A DNA stretch of 62,777 bases, the filler included, from Collodictyon triciliatum (lineage: Eukaryota), in NCBI GenBank assembly GCA_043381765.1. It is 25 parts of 25 records of this genome, joined end to end, with 100 filler letters (N's around TTAATTAATTAA, not from the genome) between each part and the next. Parts side by side here need not be neighbours in the genome. Positions count along the whole stretch, not along the records: positions 60,368 to 62,777 come from JBHJMP010008946.1; 24 more parts are not named here. One strand, 5' to 3'. This document shows positions 60,810-62,777 of this stretch, one piece after another (within the stretch, counting starts at the first letter, position 1; each line of letters starts with the position of its first letter). A program made the position numbers and the translations under genes. Below the pieces are notes generated by a model. That model saw only the letters and a program-made list of their open reading frames with translations, was not told the DNA's origin and did no database searches.

Positions 60810-61696
60810 CAGTAATCAGAGATTGTATAGACGGAACCTCTCCGAAAAAAGACCCACACAATGAAGCATGTGCTTTGAACCCAAGAGAGTTGGTGAATCG
60901 TCAAGTTACACTAGTTGATGGGTGAGACTTTATGCTTCTGTGACAATAAAAAAAAATCACGGTTCCCTTTTTTATTTCCATTTTCCACTCTCCGTTTTTT
61001 AATTGTTTTTTATTCACTCGAATTATAATTGTTTTTCCCAATTAATTCTTTGGATAATTCTTGGTTGAATCTAAATAATCTTAAGGTATTGTCCATATGT
61101 TGGGGTGGCGAGAATTGTGAACGACATGCATTGTATCCTGAATCAAGTAAACCTCAACACTAACAGCAATAAGTTTTACATAATTCAAGTATTGCAAGTT
61201 AGCGGCACGTATGGTGTTTGGTGTAGATGGGGCAGAGTGGTAGGGGTTTTTCCATTCTCGCATATTATATATTTTGACACTTAATTCACTACTTGATCCG
61301 GTAATCCTTTTACCAATATTTTTAATTTTAAGCAACAATTTCGATTCATCTTGTACCTAAAAAAAAACTGGTAATGAAAAATGTATACAAAGAAAAATGA
61401 AAATTGCTCTTTTATACGGTTGTTTGATGTGAACTTCTCTCCGGAAACTCTTGTTTCTTTCTGTAAAGGGTTCTGATGGTCAAGGGGCCTATACCTCATG
61501 TGAGAGTCTAGAAGATGCTGCGAAGCTCTTTGAGAGGAAATTTAGAGATAAAGTATGTATTTAAAAAATAAAACCAAGACTAGTTAATCCTTTAATAGCA
61601 CAATTCATATTTCAACAGACATCTACTGAATGGGCAAACAAAAACATACATACTCCTGTCACTGGGAAGTACATATACTTGAAATCGGCGAATTAG
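60810..61696 (+). CDS. Protein ending in a PARP-type WGR domain (no catalytic domain after it)
   Basis: VDG-YCP...LNQVNLNTNSNKFYIIQVL...VWCRWGRV-G..GQ...AKLFERKFRDK-T..EW....TPVTGKY then TAG. Confidence 0.8.
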
Positions 61697-62725
61697 CGTC
61701 GCTAAGAAGGCGTGTACTATTTTATTTTATTTTATTTTTGCGTATATTTTCACACTATGGGCTTTCACCAAGAATCAGTTTATTCGTTAATTTTTCTGCT
61801 CACACCATTATTTTTTCCCTTTATTCGATTCAAAGTCTGCTACCCCATTATGATTGCCATGGAAATTCAAGATTACATTAGTAATCTTCGACAATCATCA
61901 TCCAAGGTATAGGCATGTCAATCGGCATGTGCTTTCTCCCTGCCTATCTACCGTACTAAAATGCTCGAAATAAAACAAAAGAAAACGACCAGAAGTCCCA
62001 TAATATGATTACACATTTAGCTTTTCACGAGCTTTAAACGAGAGAAAAAGGAAGAGTGCTGGTAAAGACAATATTTAATTATTTTATTTTCTGCGCTTTG
62101 AATCGAATAAAGAGGGAAAAATTAATTATGTTCTGGTAAGAGCATATCTGACACTTCAATCCATCACATAATTCAAATTCCTTTGTTGATTTTTTATTAT
62201 TGATTTGCCCAGATTTCTGGATCATTTTCTACGCATAATTAATACGGCGTTGATAAGACGCCTGCCTATTATTTTCAGTATTGTCCATTTGTTGTAAAAA
62301 AAGAATCAGTAGTCCAAATATCATCGACTTGTTTAATAAGCTTATAAAAATATCTTGCTTTAATACATATTTTTGGTAATTCTTTATTATTATTGCAGGT
62401 TTTTTAACTAATTTATTGAATATATGATGCCCAAAGAAATGATAGAATAGTGTTTAATATCATTTGGTGGGTGAATGAGGATTTCAAGTATCCATTTAAA
62501 TGTGATGGCTTGTCAGAGTTGTCTTCAGTTGTCGCAAATGCGTTGTGAAGACGAAATTCCAAAAATAATGTCTGCATGTCTACAATCCGCGCACTGTGAA
62601 TGTCACCAGAATATATACCTTGGTAAATATTTATATTGCTTTTCGATACTCCCCTTCTGAAGGGAGAGTTGCCAATTGGCCGAATATATACGGCTGACTG
62701 CATTACAATGCCTAGAGGCTCTTTA

Positions 62726-62773
<48 letters not shown>

Positions 62774-62777
62774 AAAA

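Noticed and set aside
62722-62766. AATAAA plus poly(A) as a retroposon 3' tail
   Set aside because: Long A/T runs are ubiquitous in this genome, and no target-site duplication or element body is recognisable.

Overview
This is not one genomic locus. It is 25 unrelated contigs of about 2.41-2.42 kb, roughly sorted by decreasing length and joined by an artificial 100-nt linker (N44-TTAATTAATTAA-N44, a stop in all six frames), so adjacency across linkers means nothing. The DNA is from an AT-rich, intron-rich, microsatellite-laden eukaryote. It uses GT-AG introns and the standard code (genes end in TAA, TAG and TGA). An amoeboid or other heterotrophic protist is inferred, not shown. Recognisable genes, most cut off at contig ends: Rpn10, an EamA/UMAMIT transporter, MAN2C1, U1-C, a BAR-SH3 protein, ACAD8, an HMG-box protein, TANGO2 (one in-frame TAA), a bacterial-type aspartate/prephenate aminotransferase, RFC2, GCNA, a WGR-domain protein, a receptor kinase-cyclase, a disabled WDR27 and a non-LTR retrotransposon endonuclease. 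The most interesting signals look like a diversified, NLR-style receptor repertoire. (1) A TPR gene has exactly one 42-aa repeat per 126-nt phase 2-2 exon. (2) An intronless pentapeptide-WD40-Sel1-like gene has eight near-identical 135-bp WD repeats that vary mainly at HET-E-like hypervariable positions, and it has a diverged paralog. (3) There are two paralogous NHL-repeat genes.
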